From Sphaerodactylus townsendi (Eukaryota), in NCBI RefSeq assembly GCF_021028975.2, contig NC_059439.1:5952001-6016000 (forward strand): 64,000 nucleotides of DNA, written 5' to 3'. Position 1 is the stretch's first letter. Every line of letters begins with the position of its first letter. Made by a program: the position numbers and the translations under genes. The notes under the pieces are model-generated. The model worked only from the letters and a program-made list of their open reading frames with translations. It ran no database searches and was not told the origin of the DNA. Below are positions 37,866 to 50,742 of the stretch, piece after piece.

Positions 37866-40125
37866 CTTATAAGCATAAGCATTTTATTGTCATTGTGCAC
37901 GCACAACGAAATTTACAGCAGCATTCCTCGATGCACACAATTTCAGACTCATACATCATCCTCACTTTCCCCTTCCTCCACCCATCCCTACACAGCCCCA
38001 AATACATCAATATGAAGCAGCGGAGTTTAGCATAGCCACAGCTCTAGAGTAGAAGCTGTCTCTAAGCCTCTTTGTCCTAGTTCTGAGGGCCCTGTATCGT
38101 CTGCCAGATGGTAACAGTTTAAAAGAGAGTGTTAACAATGGATGAGGACTGACGGTCCCTCAGAATGATTTTGGTGGGCTTTATTTAGGCTTCGGGAATT
38201 ATAGATTTCTTCCAAGGAGGGAAGAGGGCAGCCGATAATCCTTTGTGCAGTAGTGATCACCCTTTGGAGAGCCATCCTATTCGCCACTGTGCAACTGGAG
38301 AACCATACACAGATGCAGTAGGTTAGGACACTCTCTATAGCACAGCGGTAAAAGGACACCAGAAGTTTTCCATCTAGTTGTTGCTTCCTTAAAAGTCTCA
38401 GAAAGTACCGCCTTTCCTGGGCTTTCTTTAACCACCAAGGCAGTCTGTGCGCTCCTGGTCAAGTCCTCTTTAATCATAACGCCTCTGTGAAATTTAAAAC
38501 TAGCCACCCGCTCCACTCTGATCTCCATTTATAGTCCAAGGCGCTGGAATTTCTGAGCTATTCCTTCTATAGTCCCACTATGAGCTTCTTTTGTCTCTGT
38601 TAGTGTTAAGAACCAAGGTTATTTTCCCTGCACCATGAGAGCAGTCGGTCCCACTTCATTCCTCGATAGGCAGACTCATCCCTCCAGAGAGATGAGTTCC
38701 CCACCACCGTTATTGTCATCAGCAAATTTGATAATGGTGTTACTATGATAGACAGGAGTTACAGTCATATGTATAAAGGGAATTGAACAGTAAAGCGACT
38801 CAACACACAGCCCTGTGGCGTTCCCATATTTAGAGTAAGAACTGAGGAAACCCGATTTCCCAGTCTAACCCTCTGAGGAACGTCCAGACAAGAAGTCCCT
38901 AATCCACAAACAGATTGAATGTGAGGAGTCCAAGATCCACGAAGCTAGTCACCAGTCTTTGTGGCCGAGATTGTATTAAATCGCGGGACTAAAAAAAAAG
39001 TCCGGCAAAGAGCATTCGCACATAATTCCCCTGGATGTTCCAGATAAAGCTGCCAAAAGCAGTGTGGAGAGCTAGCGTGGCAATATGGCCTCCTCCGTGA
39101 GATCTATTAGCTGGTCCGATATGCAAACTGGATGTTTATCAAAATGTATCTGGAAGGCAAGAACTAATATGCCCTATGGACCAGTTTTTCAAAACACTTC
39201 ATGGCGATGATGGGGGGTGAGTGCCACTGGTCATATAATCCTGAAGATTGTCAGCAGGGAAATCTCTTTGGTGGAAGTCTGGAACAATGGTGGAAGCTTT
39301 CAAACAAGATGGGATGGTGGACTGGGATAGAGATCGCATTAAAGATCCCAGTAAAACACGCCAGCCAGTTGGTTAGCTGCGATTCTCTTTAACACCCTCA
39401 ATCGGGAATACCATCCGGTCCAGCAGCTCCTTCCTTGGATTCACAGCGCCTCAAAATCCTTGCCTCACCTCATAGTTCCCTCCACAGTGAGGTGTGAGCT
39501 GCAATCACTCTCCAGTGGCTGTGTGTCATCTCCTTCTGATAAAACCTGATTGTTTCAAAGCCGGGCAAAAAAGTGATTTAGCTGCTCTTGCCAGAGAAGA
39601 AGAATCCCCATCTACAGAGATGTCATTGGTTGGTTTATGATTGGTAATTTGTTGAATCCCCTGCCACACCTGCCTCATGTTGTTATTATTAAAATAATCC
39701 TCAATTTTTCTCTTATAACTCATCTTGGCTTGTCGAATACCTCTCTTGAGACTGGCTCTCGCCGCACTGTATTTTGCCTCATCACCAGATCTGAAAGCAA
39801 TATTCCTGTCATGCAAAAGTCGCTGAACCTCCGTTGTCATCCAGGGTTTATGGTTGGAGTAAATCCGGATGCGCTTATCCACAGTAAGAGTGTCTGTGCA
39901 GTAGGTGATATAACTCAGAACAGCAGTGGTATACTCTTCCAGATCTGGGTGGTAGAAAACATCCCAATTTGTTGTCTCAAAACAATCTTGAAGTAATTTA
40001 GAGGCATCATCAGGCCAGGATTTCACAGTCTTTATTACAGGCAACACCCGCCTCCCAAGTGGAATATATGCTGGTGCTAGAAACAGTGACAAATGGTCTG
40101 ACTGACCCAAGTGTGGTAATTGTAT
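37866..40125 (-). mobile_element. 5'-truncated Rex1/Babar-like LINE
   Basis: PHLGQSDHLSLFLAPAY (APE end), LLQDCFETTNWDVF, KPWMTTEV, VWQGIQQITN, KFADD-like RT motif near 38720 and FYRCAIESVLTYCICVWF C-terminus; short (ttatgc)n tail. Confidence 0.85.
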
Positions 40126-41701
40126 CACCTCTGAAATATCCAACTTGCAAGTACTTTATGCTCTCTTCTATTTTAAAAAATAATAAAAATACACACTCAA
40201 ACATATTAGATAATTTGGGAGACTGCACTCTGACGCCACCCAACTTACAACTTCTAACCACATTTTTAACAAAAAAAAATGGTTAATGTCTGCCTTTTAG
40301 GTGTCAGTTGAAGTTTTTAAATCTGTACCACAGCAGGAAAAGCATACCGGTATAGACAGATAAGTTAATCACACCTTTTTGTCCATGAGGAAGATTCATC
40401 TACAAAGTGAAACATGTATTAATACTATTGGATGTTAAGGTACTTACTGTGCAAGGCTACATTATAGGAGACAACTCTGTTCTGGTTTGTAATTAACCTG
40501 TTATTAACACACATTACAATTTATTGAAAATATACTATAACTCTCCAAAGTTCAAGATAATATTTACATCTAGGGCCACAAATTCTCACAGGAAAAACGA
40601 TTACAATTTAACAATCAATTACAAACGACAGCATCATACCAAATTCAGCAACTGAAAGACCTTCAAAGGAAAATGCTTTTAGATACCCAAAAAGGTTATA
40701 CTGGGAGGAGGAACAATTTTGAACTTTGACAAAATCAAATGCTTGCTGGTATCTGGTCCAAAAGAAATTCACCTGTATGAACAGTTGGAGTTGTTCAAGG
40801 GGGGAAAATGTGTGCTGTCCTCGAAAACATCAAGATTGGGACGGGGGGAAGGGGGGATTGCCTCCACTGGCTTGCAGGCCTAAGTCCTCTCAAGGCAGCT
40901 GCATCGCAGGTGACCCAAGTGTGAAAGGGGTGTGGAGATAGTGAGGGCTGCTCTGTATCTCCCCTTCGAAAAGCACCCAAACATTGAACATCTTTCAGAA
41001 GAATCTGAAGGCTTTCCTATAAAGGCTAATCATTTGCCAGTAGGGTTTAGCAGACATGGAGATTAAGAACTTCCATGCTTAGACAACCAGTTTAAATCCT
41101 AGTTCTATTATGTATTTTTTCAAAGGGTAAAGAGATGATACATTTAAACACACATCCATCTTTAATAAGGCTGTGTATTTACCAATGCCTCTATGGGTGC
41201 AAAGGGAGAAACTAAGCATGAAATTCAGATTCCCCGGGATCTCAGGGAAACTTTGTTTAAACTTTTAGCTCATGTGTTTATGAATATATGTTTCAAAGAA
41301 TATGAGAAGTTAGATGAACGTGATTCTTACAGGTTGGGGAAGGCTTCAGCACTCTGCATATGCCACTTACCATGAGGAGACAAAAACGTGTGCAAACTAA
41401 GATTAAATATAGAATTCTGTAAGAGAAATGTAAGTTTGTTCACATAATATATGAGCAGCACTCAGCTTGCTGCCAAACAAAAATTGGATTATCCAAAAGC
41501 ACAGTTAGTTATTTTTTAATTATTATTTTATTTTATTGGATTTTGTAGAGTTTACTACACACAGCCCTGGTTATAGTTCTGAATCTGTGGGTAAAAGCTA
41601 AAGCATTTTTTAAAGAATTAGTAAATGTATAAATAGCTTTGAAAATAAACGCGCTCAAAGTAGAAAACAAAAACAGAACACCACATTAATTAGCAGCAGT
41701 A

Positions 41702-41985
41702 AAAGAAGCATTGGCTTTATACCCCACTCCTCTTAACCATGAGGCATCTCAAAGAACATACAAACCTCTTCCCTTCCTCTCCCCACAGCAGGTAGGTGAG
41801 GTGGGTGGGGTTGAGAGAGTTCTGAGAGAACTGTAACTAGCCCAAGGACACCCAGCAGGCTTCATGTAAAGGAGTGGGGAATTGAACCTGGATCTCCAGA
41901 TTATCCACTGTCATGTAGAGGAGTGGGGAATCAAATCCGTTTCTCCAGATTAGAGTCTACTGCTCTTAACTGATACACCAAGATG
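41702..41985 (-). mobile_element. Squam3-like SINE
   Basis: Same family as 1016-1312, with a duplicated head segment. Confidence 0.8.
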
Positions 41986-43402
41986 GCCCCACAGATGACC
42001 AAGCAGTTCCCAAACTCAGCTGGAATATCAATAAGCATAAGTTTAAGAAGTTGTATGTGTGCTTGGAGAGCTTGGAGCTGCCTTGCCATATCCCATTTTT
42101 ATCAGATAAGAAAGAACATGGGATATGTAACAGGGTTCACAAATTGTCCAATCTCTATTGCAGCCTAAGAGACATAAGAAAAGAACTCTCAGGGTCCTCC
42201 CATTTTCAACCGGATATTGTGCAATGCCCGGTTGGTTATGGATCATTACATCACAGATGTGCAAAAATTTCACTCCATTTGCTGTTCTTAAAACAATGTA
42301 AGCAAAGAACATTTTACATTGTTTTATTTGTTTTACATTTATTGTACTGATGAATTTGAGTATAAAGCTTTGCATGTCAACATTTTTTTCTTACTCAAAC
42401 ATTTCAATTCAAGAATTTCTACTGGACCATAAAATTAATAACTGAGCACTTTTAAAATGTGCTTACTAAACATAAGTTAAAACAGACATGCTAAATCAGA
42501 TCATGATCAGATAACAGATGGCATTGTACAGCTTTCCAGTTCTAATCTTTCCAGAAAACTAGTATTACTGGTTAGGGCCACTTTAAATTGGGACAAGTCA
42601 ATGACTACCATGGTAGCCAAGTCCGACTTGACAATACAACCTCAGTATAAATACCAAAGTCCCATTAACACAATGCTTCAAAGGGTCCTCAACAATTGCC
42701 TCCATAAATTGCTTCAGGACGCTTGCAGACAAACTAGGAGGCTAGTACACCTACAGGAACTCTAGACCATCCCTGTTACCCAGCACAATCAATAAAGGCA
42801 ACTGCTTGAACTGAGAAGATGTGAAAAGAGCGGACATCCACACCCATGGCATATTGCGGGGCTTGGGGAAAACAGATTTACTTTCGGATAGACTAAGTCG
42901 GGGCCTACGCCAGTGGCTTCCCTGGCCTGAAAGCCCAGTGGAAGCTGACTAAGGTTGGCTCCATCCCTGGGAACACCTCCAGTCCATCCCCAACCATGCC
43001 AGCTTCCACATTTATGCCAGCGTGGGTCTGGGGCAGGCAGACCTTCTAGGTCGGGTGCTGCACAGCTTTGTGGCACCTACCCACTGCCCCATTTGCCCTT
43101 CCCACCAGCATAAATGCCACCTATTTTTTATTTATAATTTCAATTTAATCGCCTACCACCAAAGGGATCTGGGAAGTGTACAACACATTTAAAACGAATA
43201 GATAAACTGTTGGCCAAGTGGGCAAACACACTGCCATGAGCACACACCATTTCCTTCCCATACTCCTTCCCCCTCTGGATAGGGCTGCCGGTCTCTGAAC
43301 CACAATATCCTGATAAATGATTCAGCAGAGATATTTGATGTTATGATTTTTGGTAGAATGATTTCACCTTTGGTAGGCATGCAAGTCAAAAATTTTTTTT
43401 CA

Positions 43403-45600
43403 ATTCAATAACCTTTATTAAGCATAATTTAAAAATAAAAAAATATTAAAAGGGGAGGAAAACAGAATAAAACCTACCGTATATACTCATGTATAAGTCG
43501 AATTTTTCAGCACATTTTTAATGCTGAAAAAGCTCCCCTCGACTTATATGCGGGTCATTAAAATTTTTTGTTTGTTTTTACTTTGCCGGCCAGCAGGGGG
43601 CGCAGTTTTCATGCTAGCAGCACCAAAATTTCAGGGTACCCTCAGAAGACACTTCTGATGATACCAGCCAGGTTTGGTAAAGTTTGGTTCAGGGGGTCCA
43701 AAGTTATGGACCCCCAAAGGAGGTGCCCCCATTCCCCATTGTTTTCAATGGGAGCTATTAGTCGATGGGGCTACCCTTTTGAGGGTCCCTAACTTTGGAC
43801 CCTCAGAACCAAACTTCACCAAACCTGGCTGGTCTCATCAGGAGAGTCTCTTTATGATACCAGCCAGGTTTGGTGAAGTTTGGGTCAGGGGATCCAAAGT
43901 TATTGACCCCCAAAGGGGGTGCCCCATCCCCCATTGTTTACAATGGAAGCTAATAGTAGATTTTCTATTTCTGATAATATCCCTCTTAAAATCTAAGTTG
44001 GGTTACATTTGGACATACAGATGATGATGAGGATTCCAGTTTTGAAGGATTTTAACTCTTGTGTTTTAGCTTGGTTGCTGGTTGAGCTAAGGTTTTTGTA
44101 CTTTTAAAGTTATTGTTGATACCATATTGTTCTTGTTGACCCTCTTTTCCACTTACAGAGCCAGTTTACTGTTTTTCTTTGAAATAAATATTCAAAAACA
44201 TTTAACCTACTGATGCCTCAATTGATGTAACTTTATTGGTATCTATTTTTATTTTTGAAATTTACCAGCAGCTGCTGCATTTCCCACCCTCGACTTATAC
44301 GCGAGTCAATAAGTTTTCCCAGTTTTTTGTGGCAAAATTAGGTGCCTCGACTTATATGCGGGTCGACTTATACACGAGTATATATGGTAATCAGGTTAAC
44401 TAAGTTTTGTTCAGGGCCAAAGCAAGAAACTTTGCCACATCCTTGGTCCGTTTAGAATAACAATCGTTGAGGTGTATCTGAGTCTTAACCCTGTCGGAAA
44501 GAGCAGGTTTTGAGTTTATAATCGGCTCAATAAATTGTTTACATAAGTTAGTGTGATGGGGGCAATACAATAGAACGTGTTCTGTCGTTTCCAATGTGAT
44601 TGAGGAACATGGACAGGTCCTTTTAAGTGGCGGAATACCAAGGTATCTTCCATGTATTATTGCAGTGGGGAGGATATTGAAACGGGCCTGCATAAAAGCA
44701 CATCAAAACAGGGGACGTGAGGTTAGAGAAATAATCCGGCAAGGCTCCTGAGGATGACTGGGATATCCCATAAATCAGTGGCGAACAAGGACCAATGGAG
44801 TGGGCTAGTAGAGTTTGTTTTTCCACATCCAGAATTCTTTGTTTTAGTAAGTAAAGTATTTGGGCCTCATCATGGTTTAGAAACATATCAAAAGAGAAAC
44901 CATAGATCTTAATATAATGTAACATTTTGGAGTCCCAACTAGAATAGTGGGAATCGTTTCGACTGTGCCACATTAGGCTGTCTGGCTTCACTCTAAAATG
45001 GAGGCGAGTTCAGAAATGTAAGGTTACTATCCAAATACAAGATGTTATTAGGTTTAGGCCCAGTTCAAGATATAAAGAAGAGTGCGCCATGCAGTTGGGC
45101 AGGCCAAGAAGTGTTCAAAAGAATCTAGATAGTATTGTATCTAACACCTTCGTGGAGCCACTAAACCATACTGGGGCCCCTTAAGAGTAATTTAGGAAGC
45201 AGCTTGGTGGAAAATATTTTGATAGTAACGGGTAGATACTGGCCACCTTTAGTGAAATAGAAGCGCTTGATAGCAGTCATGTTGCGCTTAACAAGTAAGA
45301 TGGTTTGCTCAATTTGGGCTGTCCATTTCAGATTGTATTGGCATGTCACACCTAGGTATCGAAAGGTTGGTACTTGTTAAATTACATTCCTGTTTATTTT
45401 CCATTGCTCTGGTTTCCAGGATTTACCACATACCATTATCTTAGTGTAGTTGATCGTCAGAGTGTTTCTTTGGCAGTAGTTGGAGAAGGCTTGCAAGAGA
45501 TGGATCAAGCCAACACTGGTCCTTGAGAGTATTACTGCGTCATCAGCATACAATAAAACAGAGATCTTCTGGGAGTTCAGGGTAGACTGGTGACCATCGA
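43403..45600 (-). mobile_element. RTE-X-like LINE 3' part, interrupted by a Tc2-like MITE
   Basis: LLYADD near 45540, FRYLGV, ARFNILPTAIIHGRY and RTCPC...ETTEHVLLYC; 3' end taataaaggttattgaattg. Confidence 0.7.
43477..44387. mobile_element. Tc1/mariner (Tc2-like, CCGTA-TIR) non-autonomous DNA transposon
   Basis: TA|ccgtatatactcatgtataagtcga ... tcgacttatacacgagtatatatgg|TA, with subterminal cctcgacttata repeats. Confidence 0.85.
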
Positions 45601-47244
45601 TATTTAAAAGAAGTCTATAAGGAGTAAGTCACTGATAAATTGAATAAATAGGGGGCCAGTACACAGCCTTGTTTGATCCGTCTGTTCGTTGGAATTTCAG
45701 ATGCGCAGGGTAGGCATGTAAGTCTTGTTTCGTTGTTATATTTGTGAGGTTTCCTTCCTTCAGGAAGAGCCAAAAGGTATCTGACAATAACCATGAATTA
45801 ATTTTTAACATTCAAAGTGGTCGATGATAACATGGGCAGAGTTGAGGACACCAGAGGACAACAGGCCGTCTTCCTGGTCATGTGGGGGGCCGATTTTGCA
45901 CCCCCACATGACCAGATCAGTGGCGCCCCGGGACAAAGGGTATCCCCTGTCCCTAGGCAAATATGCCACTGGTTGGGAGACACCAACAACAGGTACCACC
46001 AGGCACAGGCATTGGTCCCTTTCCAGACACACCAGGCAGCTGTCACAGTGCTCAGAGGAGTCACATATGGCTTCCAAACTGGTGGGCAGAACTGGTCTAA
46101 TTGAAGGCTGAATAGGAAAAAGAAGAACCAGAACAAAAGGCTTTATCATACTATCTGGGGTTCTGAAAAGCCACATAACTCAGAACCTAAAAGCACTGAT
46201 TGTCAAAATCTGGACAATTTATTTTATCACATCCATTTCCTTCAAACATCTTGAATAAATTTTACTGACATTTTAAGGAGAAAGGCACAATGGTGCAAAT
46301 ATGTCCTAGCTGGCATTTGCAAGGTTAATGAACTAAGAGGCTAAGCATCAATGACTGCATGTGCAAGACCCGTAGCCGTCAAGCCCAGCTATGGAAACAT
46401 ATTGAGAACTCCTTCTCCACAGAAACCTGTTGTGTTGGCCCAACCCACTTGATACTGCTCTGTCCCAGCAGCACTCACTCAGTGTCTAACAAAGATCCAT
46501 ACTTGCAAATACCACAACCACATACCATAATATAGCTATTAATATGAAACATGGATCTAATGACTAAAGAGCCTTTGTGCATATACTCTTCCTAGTACTG
46601 GGACACCTGGAGAGCAAGGAATTCCCTCTCTGCCTTCCAATTCTCTCCCCAATCTGAGGCACAGCAGCTCAGGTGAGAGAGTGAGATTGCCAGGGGGCCT
46701 GGGGAAGTGCAGAGTGCCAGTGGGAAAAAGGCAGCAGACCCATTCAACTGTGCATAGCTTGCTTTTTTCCTGGCTCTCTGCCATGGCAGCTATTTTTCTC
46801 TCTCTTTTCGATGCTGAGCCTGGTCTCTTACCAACAGATCCCACTTGCTGGGATCAGATCATGGAGCCTTTAGAGAAACAGGGGTGTGTGTATGTGTGTG
46901 TCTGTGTTGAAAAAGCCTTTACTTTCACCCTGGTATGAATCCCATAGCTCATGGAGGCTTGTAGCTTACCTAATGCCTAGCTAGCCCCTCTGCCAGCAGC
47001 TGTTACATGGTAGGAACCACATGCCTACCACCAGTGATGTCAGGGAACAGCCTTGCAAGCTTCACTGGAACTTAGGACAGGTACCATATTAGGGAACTGT
47101 GCTCAGAAGAGGCTTGGGTGGTATCTCGATGAAGAACTGCACAGATGGGCAGCACCAGCAAAGGTGTAAATAAAACAAAGCAAAAGGTGCACCAAAAATC
47201 CTCAAATATGTAAACCGAATCATCAAATAAATGCTGTTGACATA

Positions 47245-47494
47245 TGTACTGTCGAAGGCTTTCATGGCCAGAATCACTGGGGTGTTGTGTAATTTCCGGG
47301 GTGTAGGGCCATGTTCTAGTACCATTTTATCCTGACATTTCACCTGCATTTGTGGCTGGCATCTTCAGAGGATCTGATGGTAGTAAAGCAAGTGGAGTAT
47401 ATATATACCTGTGGAATGTCCAGGGTGGGAGAAAGATCCATTTGCCTGTTAAAAAGTGTAAAGGGTGCAATTAACAAGCTTGATTTGCATGAAT
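47245..47494 (-). mobile_element. Penelope-like element 3' end
   Basis: Tail gtcgaaggctttcatggcc, hammerhead-bearing repeat and additional internal sequence; cut off by the CR1. Confidence 0.75.
47329..47373 (-). ncRNA. Minimal type-I hammerhead ribozyme motif
   Basis: AUCCU CUGAAGA UGCCAGCCACAAAUGCAGGU GAAA UG UC^AGGAU. 5-bp stem I and intact core; the helix III palindrome is altered (ACGU to AUGU). Confidence 0.7.
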
Positions 47495-48219
47495 GCAGAG
47501 ACTATTGAGAAAACTTAGCAATGAAGGAATAAGAGGGGAAGTCCTCCTATGGATTAAAAAAAGGAAAAGGTGTAATGGGAAGTTCTCACAATGGAGAGAT
47601 GTAGGGAGTGGTGACCCCCAGGGATCCGTTTTGGGACCAGTTCTCTTTACCCTATTCATAAATGACCTGGAAGTAGGGGTAGGTAGCGTGGTGGCCAAGT
47701 TTGTGGATGATACCGAATTATGTAGGGTGGTGAGAACGACCCATTGGGTACTCACCGTGAAGGGGTCTTCTGGTGGATGACGTGAGGCCGTCTCGTTCGG
47801 GTTTTCTCTGCTCTTGGTTAAGGAGGCAGGAACCAACTTTTGGCCACTCCCACTTGTGTCGTAGCGCCTCTACACCCCAGTATCTGAGTGCTGGGCGAGG
47901 CCATGTGTAACATACATGCAACAAAACACCAACAGGAACCTAGGAAACGACCTAACTTAAAACAGGTCAACAACTATTCTAGGAGTGGCTAGTAATGTAG
48001 TAGGCTCTCATGTAAGGGAGTGTGCTAACTGAGGAGTTCCCAACACCTGGGAAGAACACATGATGGGGGAGAAAAAACCAACAGGGTGGGCCGAGACGGC
48101 CTCACGTCATCCACCAGAAGACCCCTTCACGGTGAGTACCCAATGGGTCGTTCTAGTGGATGCCGTGAGGCCGTCTCATTCGGGACTTCCCGAGCAGTAT
48201 GTCCCCACGGGTGGGCTGT

Positions 48220-50413
48220 TTAGTCCCCCACGATGTGTTCGAGGATGCGCCTGCCAAAGGATGCCTGGACCGCATCAATTGAGGATATCCTATAGTGACA
48301 TATGAAGGAGGAAGGGGAGGCCCAAGTGGCCACTCTACATATCTCCTCCCTCCCACCTTAGGAAGGACCGTGGCTAGGGCCGCTAGCTGTCGTCTAAGTG
48401 TGGCACTCCTGAGTCCGCCCTTGTAGCCTTCCTGGAGGAAATTTAGGATAGCGGAAAGTGGTGGGTGTTCGGGGTCCAAACTCTTGCACCTGCACCATCT
48501 AACGAACGCCTTCCAGGATGAATTGTAGATCTTTATGGTAGACTTCTGTCGTGCTGCCAGCATGGTGTTGACTACCTCTTCGGAGTAGCCTCTCTCCTTC
48601 AGCCTGCGCCTCTCAACAGCCAGGCGGTCAAGCAGTAATGCCCTGGATCTGGGCGTAGGATGGGACCTTGTGACAGTAGATCGGGGCCACTGGGAGACGG
48701 AAGGGAGTTGAAATGCTCAGTTCCTGGATGATTGAGAACCAGGGCCTGTGGGGCCAGTGTGGTGCTACCAGAATCAGCAGCCTCCTCTCTAACTGGATCC
48801 GGTGTAGGAGCCTGGGGATGGTCATGAATGGCGGAAAAGCGTATAGAAGGCCTTCTGGCCAGTCTGCCGTCAGGGCGTTGGTCCCCAGTGCCAGAGGGTG
48901 GTGGAATCTGGAGAGGAAGACTGGGACCTGTCGGTTTTCCTGAGACGCGAAGAGGTCTATCGTTGGGTGTCCGAACCTCTTGCTGATGGAGCAGAAGATG
49001 GATGGGTTCAGACTCCACTCCGACTCCTGGATCTTGGATCTGCTGAGCCAATCGGCCTCCGTGTTCAGAAGGCCCTTGATGTGCTCGGCTCTTATGGAGG
49101 CCAGGTTTAGCTCTGCCCATGTGAGGATCCTGAATGCCTCCCTGTGGAGGGTTGATGACCTTGACCCGCCCTGATGGTTCAGGTAACACTTCGCTGAGAT
49201 GTTGTCCGTGTGGATGATCACGTGTGTTTGACGGAGCTGCCTCTGGAAGTGTTTTAAGGCCAGGAACATGGCTCTGATCTCGAGCATGTTGATGGGTAGC
49301 GATTGCATTCTGGCCGACCATGTCCCCTGAACGTAGAGATGACCTAGCTTTGCCCCCCAGCCTGATAGGCTGGCATCCGTGAATATGTGTCGGGGATCCG
49401 GGACCGCGAAGACCTTGCCCTCCGTCAGGTGTTCCCGGCGAAGCCACCATCTCAGGCTGAACCTCACGGCTGGTGGTAGGCGAATCAGGCAGTCCCTTCT
49501 GAGGATGATCTGTTTGGCAAAAGGTCTTAAGAGGGAGTGAAGAGGCCTGGCATGGGCCCTGCCCCATTGGACCATGTCCATGGTGGATAATAGAAGGCCT
49601 AGGAGGCTCACGAGTTGGAGAAGGGTCTGAGAGACTGTCTGCAGAATCTTCACGACCTTGTTGTCTGGCACCGATAACTTGGAGTCGATAGTGCTGATCT
49701 TGGCTCCCAGATGTTCCATGGTCTGGGCTGGGCAAGTTGAGCTCTTCTCCTGGTTGACAATGAAGCCGTGCTCGGCCAGGATCTGTTGTACTAGGACATC
49801 CCTCGCAGCTGCGTCTCTTGATCTTGAGCGGATCAGGATGCCGTCCAAGTACGGGTATAGATGAATGCCACGGCTCCTGATGAGGGAAATTGGGGTGACT
49901 AGCACCTTCGTGAAAACCCTGGGGGCCGTGGCCAGCCCGAAGGGCAACGCTGCATATTGAAAGTGCCGCTGGTCTATGGCAAAACGAAGGAACCGTTGGT
50001 GAGCCCTGTGGATTGGAATGTGCAGATAGGCTTCTGCCAAGTCCAGAGAGGTAAGGAAGTCGCCACGCTGGATCATCTCCACGGTAGACCTGAGTGATTC
50101 CATCCGGAATTTGAACCTCCTGAGGTGCCCGTTGATGTGTTTCAAGTTGAGGATAGATCTGGCTTCCCCGTTCTTCTTGGGAACAATGAAAAAGTGGGAG
50201 TAGACTCCCTTGAACCGTTGTTCCAGAGGTACTGGTAGGATAGCCCTGATGTCTAGCAGATGTTGGACTGCGGCTGTCAACTTGAGGGCCTTGGAGGGAT
50301 TGTGGCTGACAGCTGATGGAATTAAACGATCTCTCGGCCATGATCTGAATTCCAAGGAGTATCCTGCGGAGACTACTTCCCTGACCCAGGCATCCACATG
50401 GCACCCCTCCCAA
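48220..50413 (-). pseudogene. DIRS1 ORF3 (overlaps pol) ending in tyrosine recombinase with internal deletion
   Basis: 604-aa alternative-frame ORF, then RLKERGYSEEVVNTMLAARQKSTIKIY (core-binding domain), and an out-of-frame C-terminus EICRVATWASPSSFICHYR...SFGRRIL* at 48220-48345. Confidence 0.85.
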
Positions 50414-50742
50414 CGTGGACTGAAGGCCAGCAGATGAGCTCCTATGGGAAAATCTGGGCAGTCATGCCTTGTTTCCGCCAGGTTCCTGGTGGAAACCCTT
50501 GCCTGGCTTACTAGTCTGTCTAAAGTCCTGTCTCTTGCGAAAGGAGGATTGTGTGTGCCATGGCTGCCTTCTGCTGTCTCTACCTGAGTGAAAGGATGGT
50601 CTGTAGGACCGAAAGGACTGCCTAGGGGTAAATTTGGATTTGTCTGCCCGGATGTATTTGGGCATGGTCTTTTTATTATCTTTTGTGTCAACCAGGATGT
50701 GGTCCAGCTCTGAGCCGAACAAGATGCCGGCCTAGAAATCAA
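48599..50742 (-). pseudogene. DIRS1 ORF2 pol: reverse transcriptase, RNase H, methyltransferase-like domain
   Basis: LDLAEAYLHIPI, LPFGLATAPRVFTK, YLDG (expected YLDD), FTDASLSGWGA, INMLE, HTDN, ADWLSR and IDLFAS...YAFPPF. Frameshift near 48685 before DLLSQGP...TAWLL. Confidence 0.92.

Noticed and set aside
45790-46140. GC-richer block open in several frames
   Set aside because: Could be a retroelement remnant, but I could not identify any convincing motif.
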